From Lama glama (Eukaryota), in the NCBI GenBank assembly GCA_028534125.1, contig CM052819.1, positions 105,524,001-105,588,000 of the forward strand: DNA of 64,000 nucleotides. The letters run 5' to 3'. Positions 24,300 through 37,200 of this stretch are shown in pieces (within the stretch, counting starts at the first letter, position 1; every line of letters begins with the position of its first letter). A model generated the notes under the pieces. The model had not been told where the DNA came from. It ran no database searches and worked only from the letters and a program-made list of their open reading frames with translations. A program made the translations under genes and the position numbers.

Positions 24300-25200
24300 G
24301 GAGCCACGGGCGGAGCCCCAGCCCCCCTAGCGGTGAGGATCCGAGCCGGGACTGCGGTGGGCGGGGCCGGAGGGCGGGAACCCACGTCTCAGAGGCGGAG
24401 CCTGCTGGCTGGGACTCCGCCTCAGGGCGGGGCCGGCCGGGGCACCCACGCTTTGGGGGCGGGACTAGCAGGTTGGGCCCCCCCCTCCCCACCTCCGGCG
24501 GCACCGCTCCTCCCGTCCGCGGGGGGCGCTGTGGCGCGCCTCGGCGCTCTCGCCCCGGAAGTGTTTCCTGCGGGCCGGAGGGCGGGGCGCAGAGGCTGCA
24601 AGCAACACATGTGCAGCTCCCGCGATGAAGTTCGCGTACCGGGTGAGTGCCGCCCGCGGTCGGGGAGTCGCGGGGTGAGGAGGAGGGTGCAGGGAACTTA
24701 GTCCGGGGGTGCGGGTGGTGTCGCTGCCCGAGACTGCTCCCTCGGGGGCCAGAGAGCCGCCTGGGCGGGCCAGGTCCCGCAGCACCGGTCCCTCCGGAGC
24801 AACCTGAGGGGGCCGGACCTGGGGTCGTGAGGGGCCGCAGCGCGGTGGACGGGGACGCAGGGGCGAGCGGCAGATGGCGGATGTGGGCGGGAAGGCAGGA
24901 GCCCTGCGGGAGGGTTTGGCTGAGCTCCGAGCAGGGCAGCGGGAGCCATCCTGGACTGAAGTCCCGGTTCCCGGAGCCGCGGCGAGCGACGTGGGAAGGA
25001 CGCGGGGGCAGAGGGCGGGGAGACGGGTGCCGAGCCCCCTGGACGCGCTGCTGCATCTCGCCCACGTGTCGGGACCCTTGGCGCAGCGGGCCACCCGCTG
25101 TCTGGAGCCCCGGGCGTTCGCGCGCCCCGCCTCCTGCTGCCACTCCCCTGAAGCTTGTTTCTCCTCCGGGCCGCCGCTTCCGGCCTTTCGCCAAAGGTCA
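24300..25200 (+). promoter_or_regulatory. PWP2: PWP2 CpG-island promoter
   Basis: Dense CpG; several GGGCGG boxes; ETS/GABPA motif CCGGAAGTG at 24555-24563; no TATA; precedes ATG 24625. Confidence 0.85.
24625..24642 (+). CDS. PWP2: PWP2 exon 1 coding part
   Basis: MKFAYR then GTGAGT. Confidence 0.92.
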
Positions 25201-28200
25201 GGGCCCAGCTCCTTACAGGCTTGGCCTGGCCCTGGCCACAGCGCGGGCCTCCAGCAGCTCCATCCCACGCCCGCTGCCCCAAACCCAAGCTGGTGTTCCC
25301 TCTCAGACTGCTCCTCCCTGTGACCCAAACCCTCTCTGTCCAGCTCCTCTCGGCCTGCCCTTCGTCCCAGCTCCCCATCTCTCAGGTCATCTCTCTGGTC
25401 CTGACACCATCACCTTCTGTGCGGAAAGCCATGAGCCCTCACTGGCTCCCTGCATCCCCACTTGCTCCCTTGGTCACTAGCATGGCCTTCAAAAAATAGG
25501 AACTGATTACAGTTCACTTTTGCTTAAAGCTTTTCCAGCTGAACAGGCTCTTCCCTGAGCCTGGAGTTCCCAGGACCCTGCCTGCCTACAGCTCCAGATG
25601 CTCCTTGTCATCTGAGTTCCAGCTCAGGTGGCCCCTCCGGGGGTCCTTCCCTGGCCACCCCTTTGACTACCTCTCGTCTCACGCCTATGGGATTGGCTGA
25701 CTTCGCAGCCCCGCTGTCATGCCTAATCACGAATGACCATGGCCATGGCCTGCCTGCCGGACTAGAACATGGGGGTGGGAGACCACGTGCAGAGTGCTGT
25801 CCAGCCACAGCTCAGTGCTGCTGGTGGAATGAATGGTTGACGGACAGGCTGCCGGCAGGTTACCCTGTTGTGGAAGCCTTGAACCCCGGGTGCGTGTGAG
25901 GTGGGGGCTGTTCTGCTGTTGCAGCTTTTCTCTTCCTGCCACAAGGTCCTGTCCTCTCCACATGGCAGACGCCTCCTGCCTGGAGACTTCCCCGAGCCCA
26001 CGGTGCCCCTGATCTACCTTGGTGGGAGCTCGGGGCCCCCCGGGGTTTGCGCTCACTCCTTCCTTTCTCTTGCTCAGGACTGGGCCGGACAGGTGCCCAG
26101 GAAGTTTCTGGGTGGGAGGACTGGAGAGACTTCAGGAGTGATCAGGGTGCTCTGCGCCATCTTACCAGGGGCCTCATGCAGCCCTTTCCTAGAGTTGTGT
26201 TTTCTTTGTATTAAGAGAGCTCTGTTTTCTTTTCAGTTTTCAAATTTGCTGGGGACAGTCTATCGGTGTGGAAACTTAAATTTTACATGTGATGGGAATT
26301 CAGTTATTAGTCCTGTGGGAAATAGAGTCACCGTATTTGACCTAAAAAAGTAAGTACATTAGAATGACGTTGATGCTAGGGATCATAGTTTGCAGGTGAA
26401 AACGTGGTGTTTTCCTCACCTTTGTCTTACCAGCACACTGTTACTCAGGGCCACCCAAGAGGGGCTGCAGGACTTACGTGGTGTCGATGGATCAGTCGTG
26501 GGACTGGCTGTAGGAGTCTCAGTTTCCTCCTTCTAGTCCCTCAGCTAAACCCCATGTATCGAGGTCTTTGACTTTACCTTTAAGGTAGAAAACATGCGTC
26601 ACTTGGCTGAAACGTCTTGGGATGGATGCCTGGGCCGTGGGAGCCGAAAAGTTGGAACACGACGTAATAAGGGACAAAATTAGGGTGGAATCCAATGGCG
26701 GTTTGTCTTTAACATTATTTACTTTCCCACTTCTGTGCATTTTTCCATTTTTGCACAAAGTGTGGCCCAGTGTTCTGTCCCTGTGGCTCACTCCCCCGTT
26801 GACAGCGGGCTTGTTTCCCGTCTCCTGACTTCCTGTTTGCAGCGTCCTCTTGGGATGGGGTTCTTGAAGCAAAATTGACATGCTCAAAGCCCATTTTTAA
26901 GGTTTTTAACATGCTTTGCCAAATTTTCTCCAGGAGGGGCTGTTGACAGCTCCAGCCCGGGGTTCTGCAGGGGTGGGCAGGCAGGCAGGCAGGCGGCCCA
27001 AGGCTGGCCCGACCTCCCCTCCTGGCGACAGAGACCTGCTGCTCAGCCCTACTCTCTCTCCCCCAGCAACAAGTCGGACACTCTGCCGCTGGCCACTCGG
27101 TACAATGTCAAATGTGTGGGGCTGTCCCCAGATGGCCGCCTCGCCATCATCGTCGATGAAGGTAAGCACCTTTGGCCGGGAGCTGGTGGCGTGGGCTGGT
27201 GACTGGGGGACAGAGTGGCTGTGTCAGGCTGACTCCAGCCCACGTGGTCCTCTCCCTTGGTTGCTTCTGTGTCTGGGACCCTGGTGGGCTCAGGGACAAG
27301 GGCAGGTGTGCGGGGCGTGGACAAGCCGGGGCAGGCTTTCCTGGGGCCTGAGGCTTGCGCTGCCGGGGTGAAGTGCAGAGCCTGACGCTAACCCTAACCC
27401 TTCCCGCAGGGGGCGATGCGCTGCTGGTCAGCCTGGTCTGCAGGTCCGTGCTCCACCACTTCCACTTCAAGGGTGCCGTGCACAGCGTCTCCTTCTCCCC
27501 TGACGGCAGGTGAGCGCGTGCGCATGCCTGGGGAGCGGGGAGCTGTCAGCTGCAGCCTCTGGCAGGGAGTCTGTGCCAGGGCCTGGTCAGGGCCGGCCAC
27601 AGGCGGCTGGACCCAGAGCTCCCACTGGGTCTGCCCACCCAGAGAAGAGGGGAGTCGGGGCCCGAGAGAGGCAGGTCCCCAGGTTTGCCTTGTAAGGAAT
27701 TGGTCTCAGAGCAGAGAACTGTCCCCCCAGGGGCTCTGAGCTGGTCTCAGGACCCTCCCTGGTATTGGATGCTGATGGCGCCGTTTCTGCAGGAAATTTG
27801 TGGTCACGAAAGGCAACATCGCGCAGATGTACCACGCCCCGGGGAGGAAGCGGGAGTTCAACGCGTTCGTCCTGGACAAAACCTACTTTGGGCCCTATGA
27901 TGAGACCACGTGCATCGACTGGACAGACGACTCCCGGTGAGGCCTTGGGGCTCCGGGGCCCTGTAAACAGTGTCTCATTAGGGGGCGTGGTGACTCGTCA
28001 CGTCCTCGTTTGTTTCCAAATGGCCTCCTGAGCCTCCTGTGGGGCTGAACGCAGGCTGGGCTCCCGAGTCTGAGTCAGGCATGCCCCGTGTTTGTCACCG
28101 GGAACCAGAAGGCAGACTTGGGACCTCGACCAGGACCCTGTTTCCTCAGCCGTCCTGCATTCTGTGCAGGAGGAGGGGAGGCTGGTGGTGGCTGCCACTT

Positions 28201-31200
28201 TGTATGTCAGGCTAGCGGTCCTCCCGTGCTCTGGGCCACAGTGTGGGGGCCACAGCCCCCAAGCCATGTGAAGTTGTTCCTGGGAGACACTGGTGTGCCC
28301 CTGGAGGTTGGGTCTGCAGGTAGGGGGCCGGCGCCCCGCAGCCCAGCCTTCCTGCCTCTTTTGCGGCGGTGCCCGGTCACACGTCTGGCTCTCTTTATGC
28401 CGTGAGTCAAGGGTCGCTCCTTGGGACCAGGGGCACGCCAGGGAGGCGAGAGGGGCGGAGCCCCCGATAGGCTTGGTGCTTGGTTCTCGGGCTGCCCCGG
28501 GCTGCCCCTCTATCAGGGACTGCTTTACGAGGAGGGGCAGTGTCTGCTGAGGCTCCTGGTCGTGGGAGAAGTTCTTATGGGTGCGGCCAGCTGCCGGGGG
28601 AGATGCAAGCGGGGCGGGCGCAGACCCGACCAGTCCCTTCCTGTCACCCTGGCATCTCCTTTAAGTCCAGGGACCACACAGGGAGGTTGACAGCTGCACT
28701 CAGCTGCAGCTCCAAGGATGAGCTGTGTTTCCTCCATCCAGGTGCTTTGCAGTCGGGAGCAAAGACATGTCCACATGGGTGTTTGGGGCCGAGCGCTGGG
28801 ACAACCTCATCTACTATGCTCTGGGGGGACATAAGGATGCCATCGTGGCCTGCTTCTTCGAATCCAGCAGCCTGGACGTACGTCCCTGGTCACAGCCCTG
28901 AGTTGGGGTGCTGGGCACTCCCTTGAGGCCCCTGCCAGTCGCTCCCAGGTTCCCTGGGGAGGTTTGGGAGCCAGCAGTAGCGGGGCAGTCTTTGGTGGCA
29001 TGGGTGGAGCTTCCTTGTCACTGCAGCCCATGGCTGGCGGGGGCTGAGGGTCAGAATGGGCCACACCCACACATTTTCCTCTGCAGCTGTACACGCTCAG
29101 CCAGGACGCAGCCCTGTGCGTGTGGCAGTGTGACACGGCCCCTGAGGGCCTGAGGCTCAAAGCCCCCACCGGCTGGAAGGCGGACCTGCTGCAGCGGGAG
29201 GAGGAGGAGGAGGACGCAGAGAGGGAGGAGGAGACCACCATCCGCGGGAAGGCCGCACCGGCGCCTGAGGAGCAGCGGGGCAAAGTGAAGTACTCTCGGC
29301 TGGCAAAGTAGGTCTCCGCCTCCAGAGGCCAAGCTGTGACTCCTGCCTTAGAGGCCCTGGGCGGGCCAGTGGGGGGAGCCCGCCCCCCTAGGGGCACCTG
29401 AGCTGCTGAGCAAGCATGGGGGCTGGAGGCTGGGAGCGCAGAACTGTGGGTGTGAGGAGGTAGGGGGCTGCCCGAGGGACAAGGGGCAGCGCAGGCAGGC
29501 TGCCCGTGTGCAGTGAGGTCCTCCGCCCCGGGGTCTGGGGCGGAGCCGCGGAGGGGTGTAAGATCAGCCTGGCCTCTGGTCCTCCTCCCTCAGTCCTCGT
29601 GTCCCGTCTGTTTAGGTACTTTTTTAATAAAGAGGGAGACTTTAACCACCTAACAGCGGCAGCATATCATAAGAAAGTCCACCTCTTGGTCACTGGGTTT
29701 GCTTCCGGAATCTTCCACCTGCACGAACTCCCGGAGTTCAGCCTCATCCACTCCCTGAGGTCAGTACCTGCTCCGTGTGGTTGTGTGTGTGCTCTCCAGT
29801 CCGCAGGAGGGTGGACAGAAGCCGTGCTGTGCCTGCCGGGACCGAGGGGCCAGGAGGAGGGCCAGCAGGCTTCCCAGGACACCTGCTGTCGCCTCTGTCC
29901 CGGGCTGAGTGCATATGAGCGCTGCTGCCCTGCCCCCATCTCTGACACGCAGCTCCCCCCACCTCATCCCCAGTCACGGGGAGCTTTGTCTCACCTGTAC
30001 ATCACGACATTTTTATTTTCCGTGTTCATTGTTTCTCTCGTGTCCCTTTGGAACATGGAGAAAACTAAAACACTGGTTTCCCAAAATCTCACGGCTTGGA
30101 GGTTTTGAACGTGGGCACGGCTCTGCATTTGCTGATGCTCTGAATGAAATGAACTGTTTAGTGCAGTAACCGCACGGTGGGGGGAGTGGTGCAGACGTGG
30201 GGAGACTGGCCCCGTCTGCACCTACGGCCACCCCGCGTGGGGACGGGAGGCCCTGTGTGCTGACTGGGCCTGCATCTCCCCAGCGTCTCAGATCAGAGGG
30301 TCGCATCCATCGCCATCAATAGCTCCGGGGACTGGATCGCCTTTGGATGCTCAGGTTAGTCTTCGTGCCCAGGTCTGTGAGGACAGGAGCAGACCCCTTC
30401 CTCCAGGAAGTCAGCCTGCTGCACCCCCACCCCTGAGGCACTGGGGCCAGGCCGGCAGCTGGGTGGCTCACATTCGAAGGAGCAGTCGGTGAGACTTTGA
30501 GAACAGACGCTCATCTGAGTCACGAGTCCCGGTGCCCGTCAGCAGTGCGGCCTCGGCCTCGGCCCTCGGCCTCGGCTGGGGCATCAGGAGGTTGGCGTCT
30601 CCTTGCTGAGTCCCCTCGTTCAGGTGTCTGGTGGGGGCACCTGCCTCAGGGTGAAACTGGCCATCAGAATGCCAGCGTGAGTCCCACAGGCAGTCAGCCC
30701 CGCCATGTGCCCGCAGGCCTGGGCCAGCTGCTGGTGTGGGAGTGGCAGAGTGAGTCCTACGTGCTCAAGCAGCAGGGCCACTTCAACAGCATGGTGTCCC
30801 TGGCCTACTCCCCTGATGGGCAGTACATCGTGACCGGCGGGGACGACGGCAAGGTGGGCTTGTGTCGGGGGCGGGGGAGCACGGCCTGGGCGTGAGGAGT
30901 CGCGGGTCCTGTCCCTGTCCTGCCAGCCTCGGCACTGCGGCCAGGCCCCAACGGCGGGGTTCAGCCTGGGGCTTTGGGGCTCACCCCGCCTCATCTGGGC
31001 TCAGGAGGAGGTGTTTGCAGGTCTGCCCAGATCTGGGTGGAGGGGCTGTGGGTGTCTCTTCTGGGCTGGGCTCCCATGCGCGGCTCAGAGCTCTGCGGTC
31101 CCAGCAGCTGCGGTCTGACCCGGGAGGGCGCTTGTGCCTCTGGGGAGACCTGGGCCTCCGTGGCCCACCTGAGCTGTGGCCCTCCCGCCCCTGCCCTCCC

Positions 31201-34200
31201 CACCGCAGGTCAAGGTATGGAACACCCTCAGTGGCTTCTGCTTCATCACATTCACGGAGCACTCGAGTGGGGTCACCGGCGTGACCTTCACCTCCACCGG
31301 CTACGTCATCGTGACCTCTTCCATGGATGGGACCGTGCGTGCCTTTGACCTTCACAGGTGACCTTTCTGCTGGCTTAGGATGCTGGCTCCGCAATTTCTT
31401 CATCCCCGCTGGGCTGAGAGTGAGGCTGGGGGCTCTGGGTGTATCGGGAAGGGAACGAAGTGGAGCCCAGTGTCAGACCCCAGACGCACACAAGGGTGAG
31501 CAGGCCCTCCATGAGCCGTGCCCCCCGGGATGCACTCTTCCCGCAGGTACCGGAACTTCCGCACCTTCACGTCTCCGCGCCCCACCCAGTTCTCCTGTGT
31601 GGCAGTGGACTCGAGCGGGGAGATCGTCTCTGCTGGGGCCCAGGACTCCTTCGAGATCTTTATCTGGTCCATGCAGACGGGCAGGCTCCTGGACGTAAGG
31701 GCCGCGAGTTCCAGGAGCTGCTCTCTCGAGGGACTGGGGTGCAGGGAGGGGGCCTCACTGATCCCAGAGGAGTGGGTGGGGCAGAGGTTGCATCTCAGGA
31801 GCGGGCCGCACCATATACATGCATTTTCTGGGGGCACCTCACTTGCCTGCATCAAGACAGAGCTGTGTCCCCCTCATCCTGCAGCACAGGGCCTCAGAGG
31901 GGCTGTGTTTCAGCTGTGGCCTCTGAAAGCCAGCATCTGGCAGGCACGTCGGGCTGGGGTGGCCGCGGAGGGTCTCACATCCTCAGAGCTCTTCTCTGAA
32001 CTGCTGTAGGTTTTGTCTGGCCATGAAGGGCCCATCAGTGGTCTGTGTTTTAACCCGATGAAGTCGATCCTGGCCAGCGCCTCCTGGGACAAGACGGTGC
32101 GGCTGTGGGACATGGTAGACAGCTGGAGGACCACAGAGATGCTGGCCCTGACCTCCGATGGTACGCAGCGCCCAGGGGGAGGCCCAGGCTCTGTGCTGTC
32201 AGCCACCTGTCTGGGGCACTGGTTTGGATAAACCCAGGGCCCCAAGCGCTGAAGGCTGCGGGGGCTGGGGGCTGGCTGTGTCACTTGGCGCCGGGCACCC
32301 CGGGGAAGCGAGGCGGGCCCTATTGCAGCAGACTTGCTGGCGCTGTCGGAGCTTGCCTGTGGGTTAACAGTGGTCTGCGAGAAGTGGTCAAGGCTCTGCC
32401 CATGCTGACCACGGGGAAGCATGAGGTGGCTGGAACGAAGTGTCCTTGTGCACAGCGGGCCGCGGGTGGACGTCTCGGCTGTGGCTGCAGCTGTTGGCCC
32501 CAGGGGCTTGTGGCCTCTGCTGTGTCCAGTGCTTCTGGCCGCCCCACCTGGCTCTGGTTCAGGCCGTTAGTGGCCGGCCCCTTGCGTCTTTGTGGAGCCA
32601 ACTTACTGACCTCTTGCCCACAGCTAGTCTGTTTCTAGTCTGCCCATGACCTCAGTGTGATCCTCCCGCCCAGAGCCCTCCACCCAGCTGGCCCCTCTCA
32701 GTTGTGCCCCCTGCCTGCCCCGTGGCCCCCAGAGCCCCCTGGTGCCAGCGTGCAGCCTGGGTTGGAGCAGGATGAGGGCAGTGTGGCCTGTTGGCTGGAG
32801 CCCAGGGTCTTCCTTGCCTCAGACCTGCGTCTCTCTGCAGCTCTGGCTGTGACCTTCCGCCCTGATGGAGCAGAGCTGGCTGTGGCCACGCTAAACTCAC
32901 AGATCACTTTCTGGGACCCAGAGAACGCGGTGCAGATGGGCTCCATTGAGGGCAGGCACGATCTCAAGACGGGCAGGAAGGAGCTGGACAAAATCACCGC
33001 CAAGCACTCAGCCAAGGGGAAGTGAGTGCTGAGAGCCGCCCCAGCAGGGCTCCTCCTGCCCGTGGGGCCGTGGGGCGTGGGTGGGGCCTGTGGGTTAACA
33101 GGCTCCCGTGTCCTCACCCTGAGGATGGCCCCCGTTTTCAGTTCTCCCGGGCGTGTCCCCAGCAGTGGCATTGCTGGGTCACATGGTGGCTCTGCTTAAC
33201 CTTTTCAGGACCCACCAGACTGCTGTGCGGAGAGCCCGCACTATTCAGGTACCACCACTGGCGCAGGGGTTCCAGTTTCCCGCATCAATCACTGACGCTC
33301 TTTCCTGTGTTTTTTTTAACCCCGGCTGTTGGTGCTTCGTGGTTTTGGGCATCTTTTCACGGACGGATAGGCCACTCGTGTGTGGGCTTTGGAGAAATGT
33401 CTGTGCGGAGCACCTGTCTGCTCTAACGGGCTGTGTGTCTGTATTGTTGACTCGGGGAAGTTCTCCACGTACTCGGGACCTGAGACCCTCCTCAGACGCA
33501 TCCTCCCCCGCTTCTGCGGCTCATCTCCAGGTTCTAGAAGGTGCTCTTTGGAGCACAGGTGTTTAAATTTTCACGAAGCCTTGTTTGTGTTTTTTCTTTT
33601 GCTGCTTGTGCTCTTGGTGTCACATCCAAGAATCCTCTGCCAAGTCCAGGGTCACTGTGTTGAGTCCCTGAGTGAGTGCCTGGGTTCTGGTCCTGCGGGA
33701 CTGAGTAGACACCCCTGCCAGCGGCCGCTGTGAGGGTGGCGGGCAGATGGGTCCCCCTTCGTCCTGACTTCAGCCGGGAGCTGCCCAGATGGGGCCACAT
33801 GGCCCTGTGAGAAGGCCTCTTGGAGGTCACTGTGCTGTCCGTCCTCTGGGGCTATGATGCCTCGGCAGGAACTGGGAGGCTGGGCTGCCGGTTCTCATCC
33901 TGCAGCATTTCGGCCAGGGCCGTGTTGGGGAGGGTGCTGTCTGCCTTCTGGGTGGCGACTGAGTCCGCGTCCCCTCCGCCCAGGGCCTTCACCACTCTCT
34001 GCTACTCCGCGGACGGCCAGAGCATTCTGGCAGGAGGGATGTCCAAGTTCGTGTGCATTTATCATGTCAAGGAGCAGATTCTCAGGAAGAAGTTTGAGAT
34101 CTCTTGCAACCTCTCTCTGGACGCCATGGAGGTGAGTGTGCTGCAGGGTTCCAGAGCTGGGCTGCAGACTGCATGGGCCCCCACATGGGTCTCAGCCGGC

Positions 34201-37200
34201 TGTGAGCCCCGAGTCTCCCCAGCCCACCCTCGGCCCTCCTCACACCCCCTCCAACAGGAATCCAACCACCGCAGGGCCAGCAGCAGGCACTGAGGGGAGG
34301 CCTGGCCGTCCCGTCTTGGGCCCCGTGTGTGCCGTGTGCTTTCCAGGCGGGGCTGGCCTCGCACCGTCGGTGGCACAGGAGGGATGTGGGGCAGACCTAC
34401 CTGTACCTCCGATGGTAAGGTGTCCTGGATTTTGCTTTTAGGAATTTTTGAACCGAAGGAAAATGACAGAGTTTGGCAACCTGGCGCTGATTGATCAAGA
34501 CGCCGCGGAGGAGGGTGGAGTCGCGATACCACTTCCAGGTGTAAAGAAAGGTGAGCAGTAGGTCTCTGGTCCTGGTGGCTAGGCCACAGCAGGCCGCCCT
34601 GCTCACCACCCGCTTTTCCTGGTGATGACGCTGTCTCCTCTGGTGGGGCTGCTGTGGCTGATGTCCCCAAGTCCTTGCTGCACAGGTGTGGCATCTTGTT
34701 GGAGGCCGGGCCAGAGCTCAGCCCTGTGCCCTGTGCTTGCTCCGACCTGGGCCACAAGGAAGACTCGGTTTTTTGCGGGGGGTGGCTGCCTCCCAGGCCT
34801 GAACCGGGAACCACCCTGCCTCACAGCCCTGGGCTGGGCAGGGACTTTTCTCCCGAACAGACGAGCCCATCTCCCCCTGGGCTGGAGCTCACGAGAGTGT
34901 TTGCTCCAAGGGCTGATCCGTGGAGGCGGTCCCGGCACAGGGCTCACCTGCTGTGTCTGTGGGAGGGTGGGGGGCAGGGATGCCGCTCCTGCCGGGTCCA
35001 GAGGGTGGCCCTTTCTCTGTGGGCCGAGTAGGGGAGTGTGCATGCTGTGACCGGCCGTCCTTTGCCCCTAGGGGACATGAGCTCTCGGCACTTCAAACCT
35101 GAGATCAGGGTGACTTCGCTCCGCTTCTCTCCCACCGGTGAGCCCTGGGAGTCAGGTGGTTGGCGTGGGAGGGGTGGGGCTGGTCCTATGGGTCTCTGGG
35201 CCTGTGGTGTGCACAGTGGGCCTGTCACCCTGCTCCTGGGGGCAGGATCAGCATGGAGCTTCTGGCTGGCTCTGTGCACCGCTGTCCTCCTTGGGTGAGA
35301 TGTGGTCGTCCTTGTCCTCCCTGAGAATGGCTGTGACCTCAGACCTGCGAGGCTCAAAGTCAGGAGGTGGGCACCTGCCCTGAGCACCCTGCCCATGTGC
35401 CATTTGGGGCCATCAGGCACCTTGCTCCCTCGCCCCATCCCCACCACTGAGAGTGTCCAGTTGGGGAGGGTCTGTCCCCTAGAGCCTGGGGATGGAGTGG
35501 GACAGGGTTGCAGCAGGCTGATGTCTACGGGGTGGTGGCCATGCCTCCAGCCCTGGTTGAGAGACAGGCAGCTGGTGCAGACAGCACGTGTCATTGTACC
35601 ACCGTGGAAGCCAGGGCTGCAGACCGGGGCCCGAGGGACGAGTCTGGGGGCCCCTGCTCTGGTGTCTGGGCAGTTTCATCCTCGCACCGTCATGGAGTAG
35701 AGAAGCTGCAGGAGAGGCCTGCAGAGCTGGAGAGTGTGCCCTTGACAGGGAAGCTCGCCCACCCAGCGGGGATGAGGGTAGGGTGTGAACTCAGGCAGGT
35801 GGCCCTGGGGACCTGCAGCGGTGAGGGGCTGGTGGCCAAGGTAGGAGCGGGGCAGGCGCCCCTGCTCCCTTCACACTGGTGTGCTGGGGGCTCCAGGACC
35901 GTCTTCAGCACCTGTTCTTCAAAACATGGGGAAACATGGAAATCAGTGTTCTGGGAGCCTTATCAAGGCTTTGTCTCCCAGGACGCTGCTGGGCGGCCAC
36001 CACGACCGAGGGACTCCTTATCTACTCCCTGGATGCGCGCATGCTCTTTGACCCTTTCGAGCTGGACACCAGTGTCACCCCGGGGCGGATCCGGGCGGCG
36101 CTGCGCCAGCGGGACTTCACCAGGGCCATCCTCATGGCCTTCAGGCTCAACGAGAGGAAGCTGCTGCAGGAGGCCCTGGAGTCGGTGCCCTGGGATGAGA
36201 GTGAGTGGGGCGGGGCGGGGTGTGGGCGGGGCGGGGGTGGGGCGGTGAGCTGGGGGAGGAGCTGGGGCGGGGCGGGGGCCGCCGGAGGGGCTGGGATGGG
36301 GTGAGGGCGGGGCATGGATCTGGGGGAGGCGCCCGGTGGGGCCTAGGCGGAGCGTGGACCGGGTGGTGGGGGAGGCAAGTGAGGTGGAGGGGTGGTCTGA
36401 GTGCAGGGCGGAGGCCGCTGTGTGGGGGCCGGCTGTTCTGAAGGCTTCTTGGGCTGAGCATGGTGTCCACACTTCCCTCACAGTTGAAGTCGTCAGCTCC
36501 TCGCTTCCTGACTTGTATGTGGAGAAGGTGCTGGAATTTTTAGCTTCGTCCTTGGAGGTGTCCCGCCACCTGGAGTTCTATCTCGTATGGACCCAGAAGC
36601 TGCTTATGGCGCACGGACAGAAGCTGAAGTCCAGGTAGACGGGTGCCCCTGCCCTCCGCCTGCGGTTCGGTCACTCCTTCCGCGGGGTCTGCAGCTGCGC
36701 GGCCCCAGCGGAGGTTTCTGCGCACAAGCACCGGGTGCTCCGAAGTCCGGTACCGCACTGAGGGAAGTCTCCTTTCCAGGGCGGGGAAGCTGTTGCCGGC
36801 CGTTCAGTTCCTTCAGAAGAGCATCCAGCGCCACTGGGAGGACATCTCCAAACTGTACGTGTTGCCGGAGTGGTTGGTGGGCCGGGCAGGGCTTGGACTG
36901 TCGCCAGCTGGTTCCCGCTGGTTCCACGCGGGGGCTGCTCCCCGCGTTGGCTGCTCCCCGCGTTGTCTGATTTGGGGACAGAAAATCCTGGTGGTGGATG
37001 TGCTTGTTCCCATGCCGCTGGCAAACTAAACGCGCTGGGCTGTCCCGCGGTGGGCTCCGGGAGAGCGCTCCCAGGGAGGCAAGAGGCCCTGCCGCTTGGA
37101 TGAGCAGGGAGGGTCCAAAGCCTCCCTCCTCCTGTTCAGGTGGCATCGCCCTGGCCCTCGCACTTCCTGCCCCTCCCCCGGGCCCGGAGGATCTGCGCTC

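Noticed and set aside
24055-25480. Long overlapping ORFs (379, 287, 277 and 226 aa) at the PWP2 5' end
   Set aside because: They lie in a CpG island where stops are scarce. The products are low-complexity G/P/R/A with no recognisable domain.
26810-26905. Possible poison exon in PWP2 intron 2 (acceptor tttgcag at 26843, in-frame TGA)
   Set aside because: No credible donor nearby (AAG/GTTTTT); unsupported without RNA data.
27388-27400. Telomere-like CTAACCCTAACCC
   Set aside because: Only two units, located at the branch-point position of PWP2 intron 3. Better explained as CTAAC branch motifs.
36907-36965. 16-bp tandem duplication (gctgctccccgcgttg x2) and small GC hairpin; CRISPR-like repeat considered
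   Set aside because: Two adjacent copies with no spacers in a mammalian intron; an ordinary slippage duplication.
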